A stretch of 63,990 nt of DNA, filler included, from Thermoplasmatota archaeon (GCA_041623215.1; 7 parts of 7 records of this genome joined end to end with filler, not necessarily neighbours in it); one strand, 5' to 3'; shown: positions 9,087 to 20,330, counted from the first letter of the whole stretch. A program made the numbers and translations. The notes: generated by a model from the letters alone, not told the origin.

Positions 9087-10136
9087 TCATTGCTGGCCAA
9101 GACCGGCGCCAACCACGGCAGGACTCCAGTCGCCTGGAGAGCGGAACCCGGGCGCGGCTTCTGCGTGTAGAAATGCGGCGCCGGCTGCCCGTACGTCCGG
9201 GCCCTGCGCGTTTGTGGAGCCGTGCAAGCCGCAGGTCGGTGTGTCGCCGTAGGTTGTGATGGACCAAGTTGCATGCGCTTCGCGCATGGCATCGCGCAGT
9301 CGAACCACGGCGCTGCCGGGCGCCGGGACGGCTTTCTCGCCACCGGTGATGTAAATGTCCACCCCGTCGCAGGAGGTGGCCGCCATGCCGTGGACCTGTA
9401 ACACATCGGCGGCGGCGCCGGCTATGTCAAGGACGGCACGCAGGCTTGCCTGGAACATGGTCCCTGTCTGGTGCGCCATGTCGGTCTCGCTGTGGCCGCC
9501 GGCGGGTTTTGGTAACGTGTAGCGATGGGCGCCTGCAATGGCGAGGGAGCGCGCTGCGGCGTCTTGGAAGATGCCGGCTGCCTCCTCCGGCGTCGTCCGG
9601 TCATGCAAAGGATGCGGGGCTTGGAGGTGGAGCTCGCGATTCCACGATGAGGCGGTGATAAACGCGCCCCAGCCGAGGTCGCTGGTTCCGTCTTTGTCAT
9701 CGTCGCGGGCATCCACCAGGACACAGAAACTCGTCCCCAATCCGGCATCCGCGAGTCGCCGCAATTCCACATCGCCGCGCAGGTGCTTCGAAATCGAGAT
9801 GTCCAGGCACGAACCCGTGAGCATGGCGGTCGCAATGGTCCGCCACGCCGCCTGTTCCTTTGCACCGGGGGCCACGTAGGTGCCCGAGCCGCCCCGGGGC
9901 ATGCGCGCTTTGAGGCACGCAACGAGTTCGTCCATCGTTGCGGCGTCGGGGCAAACTGTTGGCCCCAGCGGTCCGCCGCCACCGCCTTTGCCGCCGCCGG
10001 GGCTGCCCCTGCTGCCGTCCTTTTCGCCTCCTTTGCCCGCCTCGGCGAGCGGAATGGATGCAGCAACGACTAGCAGGGCCACGGCCAATACAACCACGCG
10101 CACGGCAGCGCGAAACTCTGTCGGCACCTTCAGCAT
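9087..10136 (-). CDS. Secreted protein, possible metal-dependent hydrolase
   Basis: Signal peptide, Gly-rich linker, then His-rich motifs QAPHPLHD, AGAHR, DMAH, LQVHG, FLHAE. Confidence 0.6.
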   Translation of the reverse strand: MLKVPTEFRAAVRVVVLAVALLVVAASIPLAEAGKGGEKDGSRGSPGGGKGGGGGPLGPTVCPDAATMDELVACLKARMPRGGSGTYVAPGAKEQAAWRTIATAMLTGSCLDISISKHLRGDVELRRLADAGLGTSFCVLVDARDDDKDGTSDLGWGAFITASSWNRELHLQAPHPLHDRTTPEEAAGIFQDAAARSLAIAGAHRYTLPKPAGGHSETDMAHQTGTMFQASLRAVLDIAGAAADVLQVHGMAATSCDGVDIYITGGEKAVPAPGSAVVRLRDAMREAHATWSITTYGDTPTCGLHGSTNAQGPDVRAAGAAFLHAEAAPGFRSPGDWSPAVVGAGLGQQ

Positions 10137-10180
10137 TCCGGGCGGGATGGGCCCTTAAATCAGGTCGGGGTCGCGGGGCC

Positions 10181-10236
10181 GTGGCTATCCTGGGCATTGA
10201 ATCCACCGCCCACACGTTCGGCGTCGGCATCGCCGA
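10181..10236 (+). CDS. kae1: tRNA threonylcarbamoyltransferase Kae1 (N-terminal fragment, truncated by contig end)
   Basis: GTG-start MAILGIESTAHTFGVGIA matches the Kae1/OSGEP N-terminus; TATA-like TTAAAT about 25 nt upstream. Confidence 0.85.
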
Positions 10237-10336
10237 NNNNNNNNNNNNNNNNNNNNNNNNNNNNNNNNNNNNNNNNNNNNTTAATTAATTAANNNNNNNN
10301 NNNNNNNNNNNNNNNNNNNNNNNNNNNNNNNNNNNN
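10237..10336. other. Artificial contig linker
   Basis: N-run/TTAATTAATTAA/N-run, 100 nt; stops in all frames. Confidence 0.98.
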
Positions 10337-12690
10337 GGGTCGCCTTCCACGTTGTCCGTGGCCCAGTGTTGCAACGAGACATTGAATGGGCCACCCAGGT
10401 ACGTCACCGAGGCCAGGAAGTCCTTCACTTCGGCATCCCCGTTTTCGTCTCGGAACGCCAAGGCCCCCATGGCGACGGGTGTGGAGGTCGCCTGCGCGCC
10501 GTCGTCGCAAACGAAGGCTCCGGCGATGCCGTCCGACTCCGTGCGGCGGGCACAGCCATTGCCTTCGTACCAACCTTCCTTGAAGGTCAAATCAAGCGGA
10601 TTGGGATTGGTGGAGGCCACGAGAATCCAGCCATCTTCCAGGAGCGGCTGGGCGGCCTCGTCGTGGAGGGCTAGGCGTAGCGGTTGAGAAATGCCGGAGC
10701 CACTCCACAGCCACTCAACGTGGCGCGTCGCATCGGCTGAGCCAGCCGAGCCTACGACGCCCCGCGATAGTGGCAGGTGCACGCTAGTTTGCAGGGGCAC
10801 CATCTCCCCAACGGGACGGCCCGAAAGGTCCAGCAAGACCGGATGTACGTCGGCGTCATCACCGGCTAGGTCCAATCCAAGAGGAACCGTCCCGGTATTT
10901 TCGAGCCAAGCGCCAATAATGAGTCGCTCGCCCTGCTCGACGGAGCGACCCGAACTAATACTGTCCGCCTCACGCTCGATGGTGATTTCCTTGGCCTGCC
11001 AACCCGTGACGTTGCTTGCCACAAAGTGGAAGTCGCGGCCGGAGCCCTGGAGCGGTTCAATGGCCCCGTCAACCGCCGAGGCCGTGCCTGATTGCGGCGT
11101 GGCCGTCGCATGGGCGCGGTACACGCCGGACGGCAACCCGTTCGTTAGCCCACTAAGATCGTCGTCAAAGGCCAGCAGGGTGCGCGCCGTCGGTCCGACG
11201 CCAAGGACGCCCGATGCAGCGCCGGTTGCACCCGGTTGAATGCGAAGCTCAGCTGATACGGCGACCGCGCTGGTTCCCGTATTGTGCAGCAACACCGAAG
11301 GCACGACATCGCTGCCCAGAGGGACGGCGATGCCATTTCCTGGGTCCACCAAATCAATGACTTGGACTCCCGGGCTCCCTTGTGCGTGGACAGCCGCTTG
11401 CGATAGGACCCAGCCCAGACCCGGCCATACCTCAACGTCACTGGTTGGATCGGCCGTTGCGGCTTGGAACCGGAATCGGACCATGTGGCCGGCGTAGGGC
11501 GTTAGGTCGAAGACGGACTCGATCAAGCGCCCCGTACTGTTGCCACCAAACCCGGTCCACGGCCCATTGTCGGCCTGCTTGGAAGATTCGACTTGCCCAC
11601 GGTACATCCACGGCGGCGCCACGAGATTCGCGTCGGTGCCGTTGATGCGCTCGTTGATTAGCTCATTAAATACGCCATTCGCCAGGGCGTCCGGCCCGGT
11701 GTTGTTGAACAGGGCCGCCTGGGTTTCCGATACGAAACCTTCCGGGTCCGGGTCCTCGTGGCGGTAAACGCCCTCGACGTACAAATTGCCGCCGTTGATG
11801 GTGATGATGGTAGGCGCCTGGGGCGCACCCTCTGGCAGGGGCAACGCGGTGCTGGTGCGGGGCACGGGAATATCCGTAACCCGCGCCCTCAGCGTCATAT
11901 TGTCAACCCGGAGTTGTTGCCCAGTTGGCAGCAGGTCGAGCCACGGGCTCCAGCTACCATCGACGTTCTTGACGGCCACTTCGACGTGGGCGCCGTCTCG
12001 TGCGGCATCGCCGCGCACGTTGAAGTCGTAACCGTGGAGCAACCGGAGGGCTGCAGCGGAGCTGGCTTGCTGGACGAACGCCTCTGCCTGTCCGTCGGGT
12101 AGTGCGCTCTGGTAGGTCGCCTCGGCGCTTCGCAGCTCCGGACTGGCCGAGTCAAACAGCCCCGGTGCGCCGGTGTGCGCATTCACATACAGCGCGCCAT
12201 CGTACAGCGGTTCGATGTCCCGGAGGTCCACGGTGGGACTGACCAGGGTCGCAACCACACCCGCCGGGTAGGTCGCGTTGCCGTCTTCGTCAACGTCGCT
12301 GAATCGCATGGTGGCGCTGTCGCCATCGTGCACCCAAGTTGCAGGGTTGTCACCGCGAGTGTTCTCGATGCCCCAGCGGTACAGGTCATCCCCCCATACA
12401 GCGGGCCCGATGCGACCTCCCGTGGCCACGGCGCCGCCGTAGTAATCCGCCAGGCCGACGGCCTCGTAGTGGTCGGCAGTGAGCTGCGCGAAGTCCTCGA
12501 CAAACATCATGGCGTTGCCGCCGCCCTCAAACGTGTTGCCGGCCGGTGCGAAGGCGCTTTCGAGGGTACCTTCGACCTGGGATTCCTCGTCAGGGGCGAC
12601 CCCTACCAAGCCCATGCCGATGTCCGAGAACAGCAGCAAGGCGATGAGCAGGGGCACAATGGCAGTAGATAGCGTTCGTCGCAGTGTCAT
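10337..12690 (-). CDS. Large secreted/surface protein (C-terminus truncated)
   Basis: Signal peptide; beta-sandwich motifs (LVSPTVDL, DGAHVEV, FDLTPYAGHMVRFRF, GLGW) resembling immune-inhibitor-A/cleaved-adhesin-type domains; CARDB-like NTGT segments. Start overlaps the stop of the upstream giant gene (ATGA). Confidence 0.75.
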
Positions 12691-15600
12691 GGGTGGTCCT
12701 CCCGCCGGCGCAGGGCACCGACGAGCATGGCAAGAAGAACAAAGAGGGCGGACAAGGCAGGGGCAGGGGCCCCCTTGTCCAGGGCATCCGGCTGCGCTGT
12801 GGCGCGAGCGAGCACCATCGGTCCATCCGCCATGGGTGTTGCCACCTCATGGCCATCGAAGGAGGCGATGAACCGGTGCTGGTAAGGATCCAGGAGGGTG
12901 GAAGGCGCAAGCAGCAGGTCAGCCTGGTACCGCAGGCGGCCATCGCTGAAGTTCTGCGCGGCGGGCCACAGGGGAATGCGGCGGCCGTTCAGTTCCACCC
13001 AGACCTTGTCAGGGGCGTCGCCTTCCAGTGGTAGCACGGAGACGGCAAAGAGAACCGGGTCGGTCACGTTGACAACCTTCGGCGCCATGAGGCGGTCGGC
13101 CAACAATTCCTGCGCCGGCAGCGTCGCCGCAGCCGCACCATCAATGCCTGTAGGTGCTGGAGGGGTCGCAGCGAACCGGAATGGCTCGCCAACGTTGCCT
13201 GCTGCATCCCGCACTTGGAAGACCACGCCGTCGTCACCGTAGTGCCCCAGGGGCACCGGGATGACCTGCCGGCCGTTGTTGTCAAACCAGGTGGTCCAAG
13301 CTCCTTCCATGGTCTTGAACCGTACCTCGGCGACGCCAGCCGGGAGGCCGCCGCCATCAACGAGGTCCCTGGCAACGACTTGGAGAAGCGGCCGGGCAAA
13401 CTCATCCCAGCCTACCCAGCGACCCATTGTGATCTCGGGGGGCGCTGTGTCATAGACGACCGAAACCGAGCGCCGGGCAATGTTGCCCGCAACGTCACGA
13501 GCTTCCATGTGCACCCATTGTTCACCCGGTTTGCTTTGGTCAATGGTCACGTGGGCCGGGGCCTCTGTGCTCCAGGAACTCCACCCCGCGTCATTGCCAA
13601 CGCGGTAGTCCAGCACGCCGGAGCCAAGTCCATCGTGGGCCTGAATCTCAACGGCGAGACTGTTTTGGGCCGTCGCCCCCGAGCCGGGCACCGTGACCTC
13701 AATGACAGGCACGCTGCGGTCGATGCGGACGGATTGTTGGATATGTCGGACGTTGGGCGGTTCGGCGCCGTCAAGCACGCGAATTTGTACTTGATACGCG
13801 CCGTCCTGGGACAGGGTGACTGCGTCGTCCAACAGCCAGGGGCCATCGTCCACCTTGACCTGGGTGGTCACGGGCCCCGTGTCATCCAAGGAGTTGAGCC
13901 GTACGACGGTTGTATCAGCATACCAGCCAAGGCCGTTCGTCGTGCCATCCAGCAGGACATCGACCGCGGGAGCAAGGTTGTCAACGCGGCGGGGGAAATG
14001 GACCGGTTCGAGTGGCGTCGCTGTTTCAAGGTCAACGGTCAGGTTGCCATCCCAGACGCCTGGGAACGTGCGCGTCGTGTTCCATTTGAAAATGAATTCT
14101 TGCCCGTCGAAGGCCAAGATGCCCTGTCCGCCGCTCAGAGAATCTGGACGACCGACCGTAAGGCGCCGTTCAATGAGCCGCTGGTCGTCCGCCTTAATCG
14201 TAACCACGTACGATTCTCCGCTGGCAATCGCGACGTTTCCGCTGATTGGCACGACGCCGGACCACGCAAGCGCATCGGGTGCCGATACAGTCGATGCAAT
14301 GGAAATGGGCGGCAACGTCGTTGCCTGTAGCGTCTGGTTCAGAATCCAGCCGCTGGCGTCTTTCAAGTCGAGGTGCAGCAAGTAGTTGGTCTCGGGTTCG
14401 AGGCCCGTGAACTTCGCCACGTAGGCCCCCGGAGACCCTTGCAGGCGTGCATCCCATGTAGCCGCCGGGTCCGAAACGGACGACAGCCAAACACGGGTCC
14501 CTTCGGCCGCGAGCGGCCGGTCGGTGGCCCATTGGAAGGTCAACCCATTGGTCTTGCGAAGGGCCGTTTGGAGGCCTTGCACGTCAATCGTGTGTTGGTA
14601 GATGGTGCTGTTGACGACCGAGGTCGCCACATTACCCGCCTTGTCCACGGCCCGCATGACCAGTGGCACGTCGCCGTGCGGCAAAGGCCCGGAACCGGCA
14701 ACACAGGCGGGGTCGAGTGCACCCTCGCCGGGAACCACCCAGGTGCCCGTCTTCTTTCCGACCTGGGTCAGGTCTAACGGACACGACGCGTAGGCGGGGG
14801 CCCCAAAGTCTAGGGCAACTTGGGCAAGACCGGCCAGTTGGTCGGAAACTTCGACCGCGACGCTTACCGCATCGCCTGGGCGCAGCACAAGCGGGCCGCT
14901 GCGCGGGCCGGTGACGGCGTACGTGAAAATGTCTGGCGCATCGCGGTCGATAGCGAACGAGAAGCCGGGGTTCTTGGAGAGAACATTCTCGACGCCATCG
15001 GACGCAGTGAGAATTACTTCGTAGCGGCCCGAGGCAGGGGCGCCGGAGCCACGCCAGGTCAAGTCCAGCACCAGTTTGCCATCGGCGGCTTGCCTGGTGA
15101 CTAGGTCAAGCGATTGCAACGTCCCATCAGGGTGGCGAATCAAACCGACGACCGTGTCGGGGCGGACACCCGAGCCCGGCGGGCAAACGGGCAGCGAACA
15201 GGCCTGCACGCTGTGGTCTTCGAGCGTTGCCTGGAGCCGAATGGGGAAGCTCGCGGCTGACCCTTGCAGGCCGGCTGCGCTGGCGAAGGACACGATGCGC
15301 GGGGCGTCGTAATCGAGCAGGACCGTTCCAAGCGTAGTCCACGCGCCCAGGCTCTTGGTAGCGTCTTGGCCCCGGGCCTGTACCACCACGTAGCCGCCGG
15401 GGAACTGGACATTCGGCAGCAATCCTACGTCCCACCGAGCCTGTTGTTGACCGGTGGAGGTCTTGAGCGTGGCCTCCAGTGCATCGACCTGGAGAGCGCC
15501 CTGCATGACCTTGATGACTTCGCCCGTGGCGGCGTCAAGAAGTCGTGCCTGCACGCTCGTAATCGGGGCACTGTCAGTGGCCACACCGGAAACCGGCAAG

Positions 15601-18600
15601 GGGACCTGCGCACGCCATTGGGCCGGCACATATTCCAGCGCTACGACTGGCGGCGCTTGGTCAACGTCCAGCACCGTGACTTGGTGTTCGTGACTGGATT
15701 GGAGTGTGGCGTCCGTAAACGGCCAAGCTGTCGTCGCCGATAGCGTGTAGGCGCCTGGCGCGCGACCCGAACCAGGGTTCCATTGCACCGTCGTCTTAGC
15801 CACACCATCTTCCAGCACCCATCCGCTCACGGGAAGAGCACTTACACCGCCAGGGCCAGACACCCGAAGCGTAACGGTTGGCTCCATGTAGGCCACTAAG
15901 GGGTCGCGGATGGCGAGGTCCACGAGGAACCCATTCTCGTCAATGTCAACCGGGGCATCTAGGACCACGGTCGGGGCGCGGATGACGGGCACGGTACCAA
16001 AGCGGGCACCCCATGCACTGGCATCCTCGCCGGAGCCGGTGCGGACAAAGACCGCAACCTGCAAGCAACCGGCGGGATGCACCGGGCCGTCAGGGCGTTC
16101 ACTGGCATCTAGGACCACCAGTTGGTGACTTACACCTGGTGGGACCGACCCGGCAAAGATTGTCGTGGCCGGGCCAATGGGTACATTGCGGCAACTGGCA
16201 CCGGAAGAACGTGGTTCCAGGGGAACGGTAACGACGCGAACCTCGCGAGCGTCGCCGACACTCCCCCCGCTGAAGGATACATTGACGAAGTCACTGTCAC
16301 GGTCCATGGTGTCCGGTAGCGAGATTGCAAACGACGGGGCGTCCCTGCCAGCATCTAGTGCCGCCGCAGACAAGTCGACAGGTGAGCCACAGGAAACGCG
16401 GCATCTGACCAGGGAATCCTCGTGGGCAAGGAGTGCGGCAACGCCTACCCCGGGCCCTTCCGGCCCCTCCGCTGTTACGGAATCTCCGTGGCCAGCTAAG
16501 CCTACCACTGCAAGGCTCGGGCCAGCTAACGCGACGGAGGCAGCACCACCATAGCCGAACGCTTGGGCCAAGGCAGTCGCGCGCAAGGTCGAGCCGCCAG
16601 CCGTGTCCAAGAGAAGGCCGCGGCCGTTGGGCGCACTGGCACCCTGTGACAGGGCGTGGGCGTCCATCGTTGCCGAGCCGTCGGTCATAAGAACGCCGAG
16701 GCCGGCGCCGTAGTATTGTTGCTCGGCCAAGAAGTCGATGAGCGGTGCCGGGTCCGGCACGCCGACAATGTCAAACACTGCCTCCGTGCCGCGAGGTGGT
16801 TCGCCAGGACCGGAGGGCACACCGACCGCGCAGCGCGCGTCATCGAGGACGCTCCCGATGTTGGGTCCAAACAAGATGCGATTCGCACATGCCTCGCCCG
16901 GGAAGAAGTAAGGTGTAATGCGAGATTCGGCGTGTCCCCCGACGCCTTGACTCACTTGACCGGCCCGCAAGAAATCATCACCGCCCAGATCCATGAGCAT
17001 GCCGACGCCGTCGATGCCAACACCCTGCACACCCCACGCGGAGGATGGCTGCAGCGCGGCCCGGGGAAGCGCGGCCACGGCGTCCTGCAAACTCAGGGAC
17101 GGGAAGCCGCGACTTGCATCCGCGGCCGCTGCCACGGCGCTATCGGAATCTACTGGATTGTACGCATCGTTTCCTTGGGCGTCCAGCAGAAGGCCAATAC
17201 CTCCAGCCACCGCGGCGCCCTGTGCCAAGCCCTTTGCGACGTAAATGTCGTCGCCGCCCAAGTCGGCCAACAGCGCGACGGTGCCGAAGGCGCCGAACGC
17301 CTGGGCACCCATCTCATCGGCCAGGTAGACGTCGTCGCCAGCTAGGTCGATGGCCAAGGCCGGGCGTGCCATGGGCAAGTCATCGTCAACGGGCGTATTG
17401 GCCACCACTGGCCTGCGAGATACTGCCACCGGGCCGCCGTAGAAGTCGTCGCCGCCAGCATCCACGATTAGGTGCGCGGTCGTGCCGGATAGCCACGTCG
17501 AGCGGGTTGCTCCGAGGGCAAGGAACATGATGGAGTCGCTGCCGGTCTTCAGCTCGAAGGCATCTTCGGCATGAACCTTGGTCAACAAGGTGCGCGAGGG
17601 CGCACCGGCGCTTGGCTGGCTGACAAGGTGCACCTCGTACGGTGTGGCCGACACGGGCCACGCATGCTCGAAGACGTAGCGGCTGCTTTTGCGGATGCTC
17701 GTTTGACACGCCTGTTTTCCATCGCCAAAGTCCAGGCAGACCACGCCGCCCAAGTCCGTGTGGTTGGCCCTTACGGCAATCTTGTACGTCTGCCCAGCGG
17801 CCAGGGTCGCCTCGCGGGCCGGACCACGTGGGCCAACGGTGTCGAGCGTGAAGCGCTCGGGCTCGGGGTCTCCCGTGACGCGGAAGCCGACCACGCTGGC
17901 GGTAGCCTTGCCGCCGTAATCGTTGACGACCGCTAGGTCGAAGGCGAACTCGCCGGGCCCAGTCCACGAGCCAGTTGCGCCAGGCCCGTAAGCCGACAAT
18001 TGTTGCAAGAACAAGCCATTGCCCGCGTTGTGCGCTTGACCGGGCTGCAAGATTTGCCGCACCTGGATGGCCCCAAGGGTCCGAAGGCCAGCGTCAAAGG
18101 TGCCAATGTCCGGAGCCGCAGCATCGCGCGATGTAACCGCCATCGTGCCAAGCACGGTGGTTTGGCCAGCATCATCTACTGCCTCCACCGACAACTGTAC
18201 GGGATCCGAAACTGCCGGGATGTAGGCGCGTACCTCCACATGGTCCACCATGCGGGGGCCTGGAGGGAAGGCCGTCATGGCGACTGCCGGACACGCCTGG
18301 TCCCATTCAAACAGGGCGGCCGTTGTGGGGTCGCCGTCCAAGACATTGGCTGGAGGCGCCGCGAAATCAGAGCAGACGGCCACGGACCGACCATCCGGTC
18401 GCGGCGCAAAGGGCAGTCGAAGACGCCCATCCCACGTTGACTCAAGCCAATCCACACCGTCCACATCGTACAGGACCGGACCGAGACCCCAGTCCGCTTG
18501 TGTCTGGGCGTTACGGGTGGCGGGCGTGACCTTGAACGGGACCTGGAACGCTGCCTTGGCTTCGCCATCGCTGAGGGTTGCCACGGCGGGGCCGCGCACC

Positions 18601-20330
18601 GTACCGAGAATCTCGGGGGGGGCGTTGCGGACCAAGAAAACGGCGCCCTCGGGTCGCGAGGATTGGTACTCAACCGGCTTGCCGCCGGGGTCGGTCAGCA
18701 CGAGGCTGAAGGGGAATCCGACTTGGTCTTTGCCGGTTTTGGAATCGGTTGGGACGTGGTCAAAGCGCGTGGCGAATAGGCCTCGGCCGGCGTTCAAGTC
18801 AATGCATTGCGTGTCCTGCCATAGCCCGGTCTCGTCGCCGTCAATGGTCAAGCAAGCACGCAGCGGGTCGCCTTCTGGATCCACGGCGCGAATACCCCAT
18901 TGGTAGGTTCGCCCTGCCTGCAACGGGTTGGCCGGCGGACGAACGTCCGAGAAGGAAGGCGGCGTGTTCTTGCCCATGTTGAGACTGTACCCACTGACAT
19001 AGCCGATGTGGACGTCATCGCCGGCATCCGAGGTTCCGCGCGGGGCACGGCGCCCGGTGGTGGAAGCAAACAGTGCGGCGACTTCGTCGTAGTAGATGCT
19101 CTCTACCGCCACTTCCTCGGCGGTACACGAACCCGAAGAACACACGAACGGCACAGAGATGGCGCCCTCGTCGGGGTCGCCTTTGGCATCAGGCGTGAAG
19201 GTTCGCGCTTCGTTTGGCAGTGCCTCGAAGGAGCCCAAGGGGGGTGCGGTGGCGCCGTAGCCCGGGCGGCCATCGCTGGCCTGGTTGTGGGCACCGGTGG
19301 CAACGAAGACACCGAATCCGCCGAGGTGCCCTTGGCCTTGCGCCATGGGGGCAGCCTGGAATGCATTGACTTCGGCACCGCCGACGTGGTAAGGGACACC
19401 TAGGTCCACCAGCGCTCCAATGCCCCCGGCCACACCAACGCCTTGGGCGGCAGACGGGGCACTGTAGGTGTCGCTGCCAGCCATGTCGAGGTGGAGCGCG
19501 AAGGCGCCGCCGGAGGCGTAGCCTTGCGTTCCGGCGTGGGGCGTGGCATAGAGGTCGTTGCCATCGCGGTCCAAGTGAAGAGCAAGAAGGTGGGAGACAA
19601 TGGCGGGCCCTGACGGAGCGGTCGTTGCCTTGCGGCCCATCGTAAAGGTGGTTCCCACATTGTTGGCGTCGTCGATCTCCGTCACCGCTTCGTCAACGTG
19701 GTTAGCGACGCCAGCTTGTAGGCCGCCGGTGGGGCCCGCAGCGGCGGCCGTGCGACCTAGGTAGGCGTCTGCGCCGCCGAGGTCAAACAGCAGCGTGCTC
19801 TCGAAACCTGTTCCGTAGGTTTGTGAGCCAGCTGCGGACAAGACGAACGCGTAGGGTTCGTCCAGCAGGTGGGCTTCTTCGCCCCAGTTGATGTAGAACG
19901 CCGCTGGTGCCGGCAGGGCCGTGCTGCGGCTGTCGTTGGGGTCGCTGTTCCAGGCGGCAATTGTGTCGGCCCAAAGGGTCTCCAGCGCGGCGGGCAGCAA
20001 GTCACCGTCACGGTCGTCGCTGGCAATGTCAAACCCTCCGGTGCGATTGGATTCAACCTCCCCCACTTGGCTCACAAACACTGCCTGACTGGTCTCTCCC
20101 CAGGTGCGGTTGTTGCCGGGACCATCTTCGGACTCTTCCACATAGTGGTCGTCGCCACCAAGGTCCACGAAATAGCCGAGATTGCTTCCAAACCCGAGCG
20201 GCGAGCCCACGTGGGTGTCATCGCTACTATCGCCACCGTGCGCCAGTCGCGCATTGGCACTGGTGCCGCTGACGGTGGCCGCATTGTCGGGTTGTGGTGG
20301 CAGGACACCGTCGAGGAACAGGGCAATGTA
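12687..20330 (-). CDS. Giant (>2500 aa) cell-surface protein with DxGGDDxY repeats, PKD/Ig-like domains and C-terminal anchor (N-terminus truncated)
   Basis: Frame is open to the contig edge; repeated hDhGGDDxY...AQG motifs; PKD-like DFGDG; Big-like DxAGN repeats; C-terminal GAPAP + hydrophobic helix + RRR resembling an archaeal sorting signal. Confidence 0.85.
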   Translation of the reverse strand, partial: YIALFLDGVLPPQPDNAATVSGTSANARLAHGGDSSDDTHVGSPLGFGSNLGYFVDLGGDDHYVEESEDGPGNNRTWGETSQAVFVSQVGEVESNRTGGFDIASDDRDGDLLPAALETLWADTIAAWNSDPNDSRSTALPAPAAFYINWGEEAHLLDEPYAFVLSAAGSQTYGTGFESTLLFDLGGADAYLGRTAAAAGPTGGLQAGVANHVDEAVTEIDDANNVGTTFTMGRKATTAPSGPAIVSHLLALHLDRDGNDLYATPHAGTQGYASGGAFALHLDMAGSDTYSAPSAAQGVGVAGGIGALVDLGVPYHVGGAEVNAFQAAPMAQGQGHLGGFGVFVATGAHNQASDGRPGYGATAPPLGSFEALPNEARTFTPDAKGDPDEGAISVPFVCSSGSCTAEEVAVESIYYDEVAALFASTTGRRAPRGTSDAGDDVHIGYVSGYSLNMGKNTPPSFSDVRPPANPLQAGRTYQWGIRAVDPEGDPLRACLTIDGDETGLWQDTQCIDLNAGRGLFATRFDHVPTDSKTGKDQVGFPFSLVLTDPGGKPVEYQSSRPEGAVFLVRNAPPEILGTVRGPAVATLSDGEAKAAFQVPFKVTPATRNAQTQADWGLGPVLYDVDGVDWLESTWDGRLRLPFAPRPDGRSVAVCSDFAAPPANVLDGDPTTAALFEWDQACPAVAMTAFPPGPRMVDHVEVRAYIPAVSDPVQLSVEAVDDAGQTTVLGTMAVTSRDAAAPDIGTFDAGLRTLGAIQVRQILQPGQAHNAGNGLFLQQLSAYGPGATGSWTGPGEFAFDLAVVNDYGGKATASVVGFRVTGDPEPERFTLDTVGPRGPAREATLAAGQTYKIAVRANHTDLGGVVCLDFGDGKQACQTSIRKSSRYVFEHAWPVSATPYEVHLVSQPSAGAPSRTLLTKVHAEDAFELKTGSDSIMFLALGATRSTWLSGTTAHLIVDAGGDDFYGGPVAVSRRPVVANTPVDDDLPMARPALAIDLAGDDVYLADEMGAQAFGAFGTVALLADLGGDDIYVAKGLAQGAAVAGGIGLLLDAQGNDAYNPVDSDSAVAAAADASRGFPSLSLQDAVAALPRAALQPSSAWGVQGVGIDGVGMLMDLGGDDFLRAGQVSQGVGGHAESRITPYFFPGEACANRILFGPNIGSVLDDARCAVGVPSGPGEPPRGTEAVFDIVGVPDPAPLIDFLAEQQYYGAGLGVLMTDGSATMDAHALSQGASAPNGRGLLLDTAGGSTLRATALAQAFGYGGAASVALAGPSLAVVGLAGHGDSVTAEGPEGPGVGVAALLAHEDSLVRCRVSCGSPVDLSAAALDAGRDAPSFAISLPDTMDRDSDFVNVSFSGGSVGDAREVRVVTVPLEPRSSGASCRNVPIGPATTIFAGSVPPGVSHQLVVLDASERPDGPVHPAGCLQVAVFVRTGSGEDASAWGARFGTVPVIRAPTVVLDAPVDIDENGFLVDLAIRDPLVAYMEPTVTLRVSGPGGVSALPVSGWVLEDGVAKTTVQWNPGSGRAPGAYTLSATTAWPFTDATLQSSHEHQVTVLDVDQAPPVVALEYVPAQWRAQVPLPVSGVATDSAPITSVQARLLDAATGEVIKVMQGALQVDALEATLKTSTGQQQARWDVGLLPNVQFPGGYVVVQARGQDATKSLGAWTTLGTVLLDYDAPRIVSFASAAGLQGSAASFPIRLQATLEDHSVQACSLPVCPPGSGVRPDTVVGLIRHPDGTLQSLDLVTRQAADGKLVLDLTWRGSGAPASGRYEVILTASDGVENVLSKNPGFSFAIDRDAPDIFTYAVTGPRSGPLVLRPGDAVSVAVEVSDQLAGLAQVALDFGAPAYASCPLDLTQVGKKTGTWVVPGEGALDPACVAGSGPLPHGDVPLVMRAVDKAGNVATSVVNSTIYQHTIDVQGLQTALRKTNGLTFQWATDRPLAAEGTRVWLSSVSDPAATWDARLQGSPGAYVAKFTGLEPETNYLLHLDLKDASGWILNQTLQATTLPPISIASTVSAPDALAWSGVVPISGNVAIASGESYVVTIKADDQRLIERRLTVGRPDSLSGGQGILAFDGQEFIFKWNTTRTFPGVWDGNLTVDLETATPLEPVHFPRRVDNLAPAVDVLLDGTTNGLGWYADTTVVRLNSLDDTGPVTTQVKVDDGPWLLDDAVTLSQDGAYQVQIRVLDGAEPPNVRHIQQSVRIDRSVPVIEVTVPGSGATAQNSLAVEIQAHDGLGSGVLDYRVGNDAGWSSWSTEAPAHVTIDQSKPGEQWVHMEARDVAGNIARRSVSVVYDTAPPEITMGRWVGWDEFARPLLQVVARDLVDGGGLPAGVAEVRFKTMEGAWTTWFDNNGRQVIPVPLGHYGDDGVVFQVRDAAGNVGEPFRFAATPPAPTGIDGAAAATLPAQELLADRLMAPKVVNVTDPVLFAVSVLPLEGDAPDKVWVELNGRRIPLWPAAQNFSDGRLRYQADLLLAPSTLLDPYQHRFIASFDGHEVATPMADGPMVLARATAQPDALDKGAPAPALSALFVLLAMLVGALRRREDHP

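Noticed and set aside
10237..10336. Recurring TTAATTAATTAA palindrome within N-runs (six times)
   Set aside because: Identical 100-nt spacer with stops in all frames; an artificial contig-joining linker, not biology.
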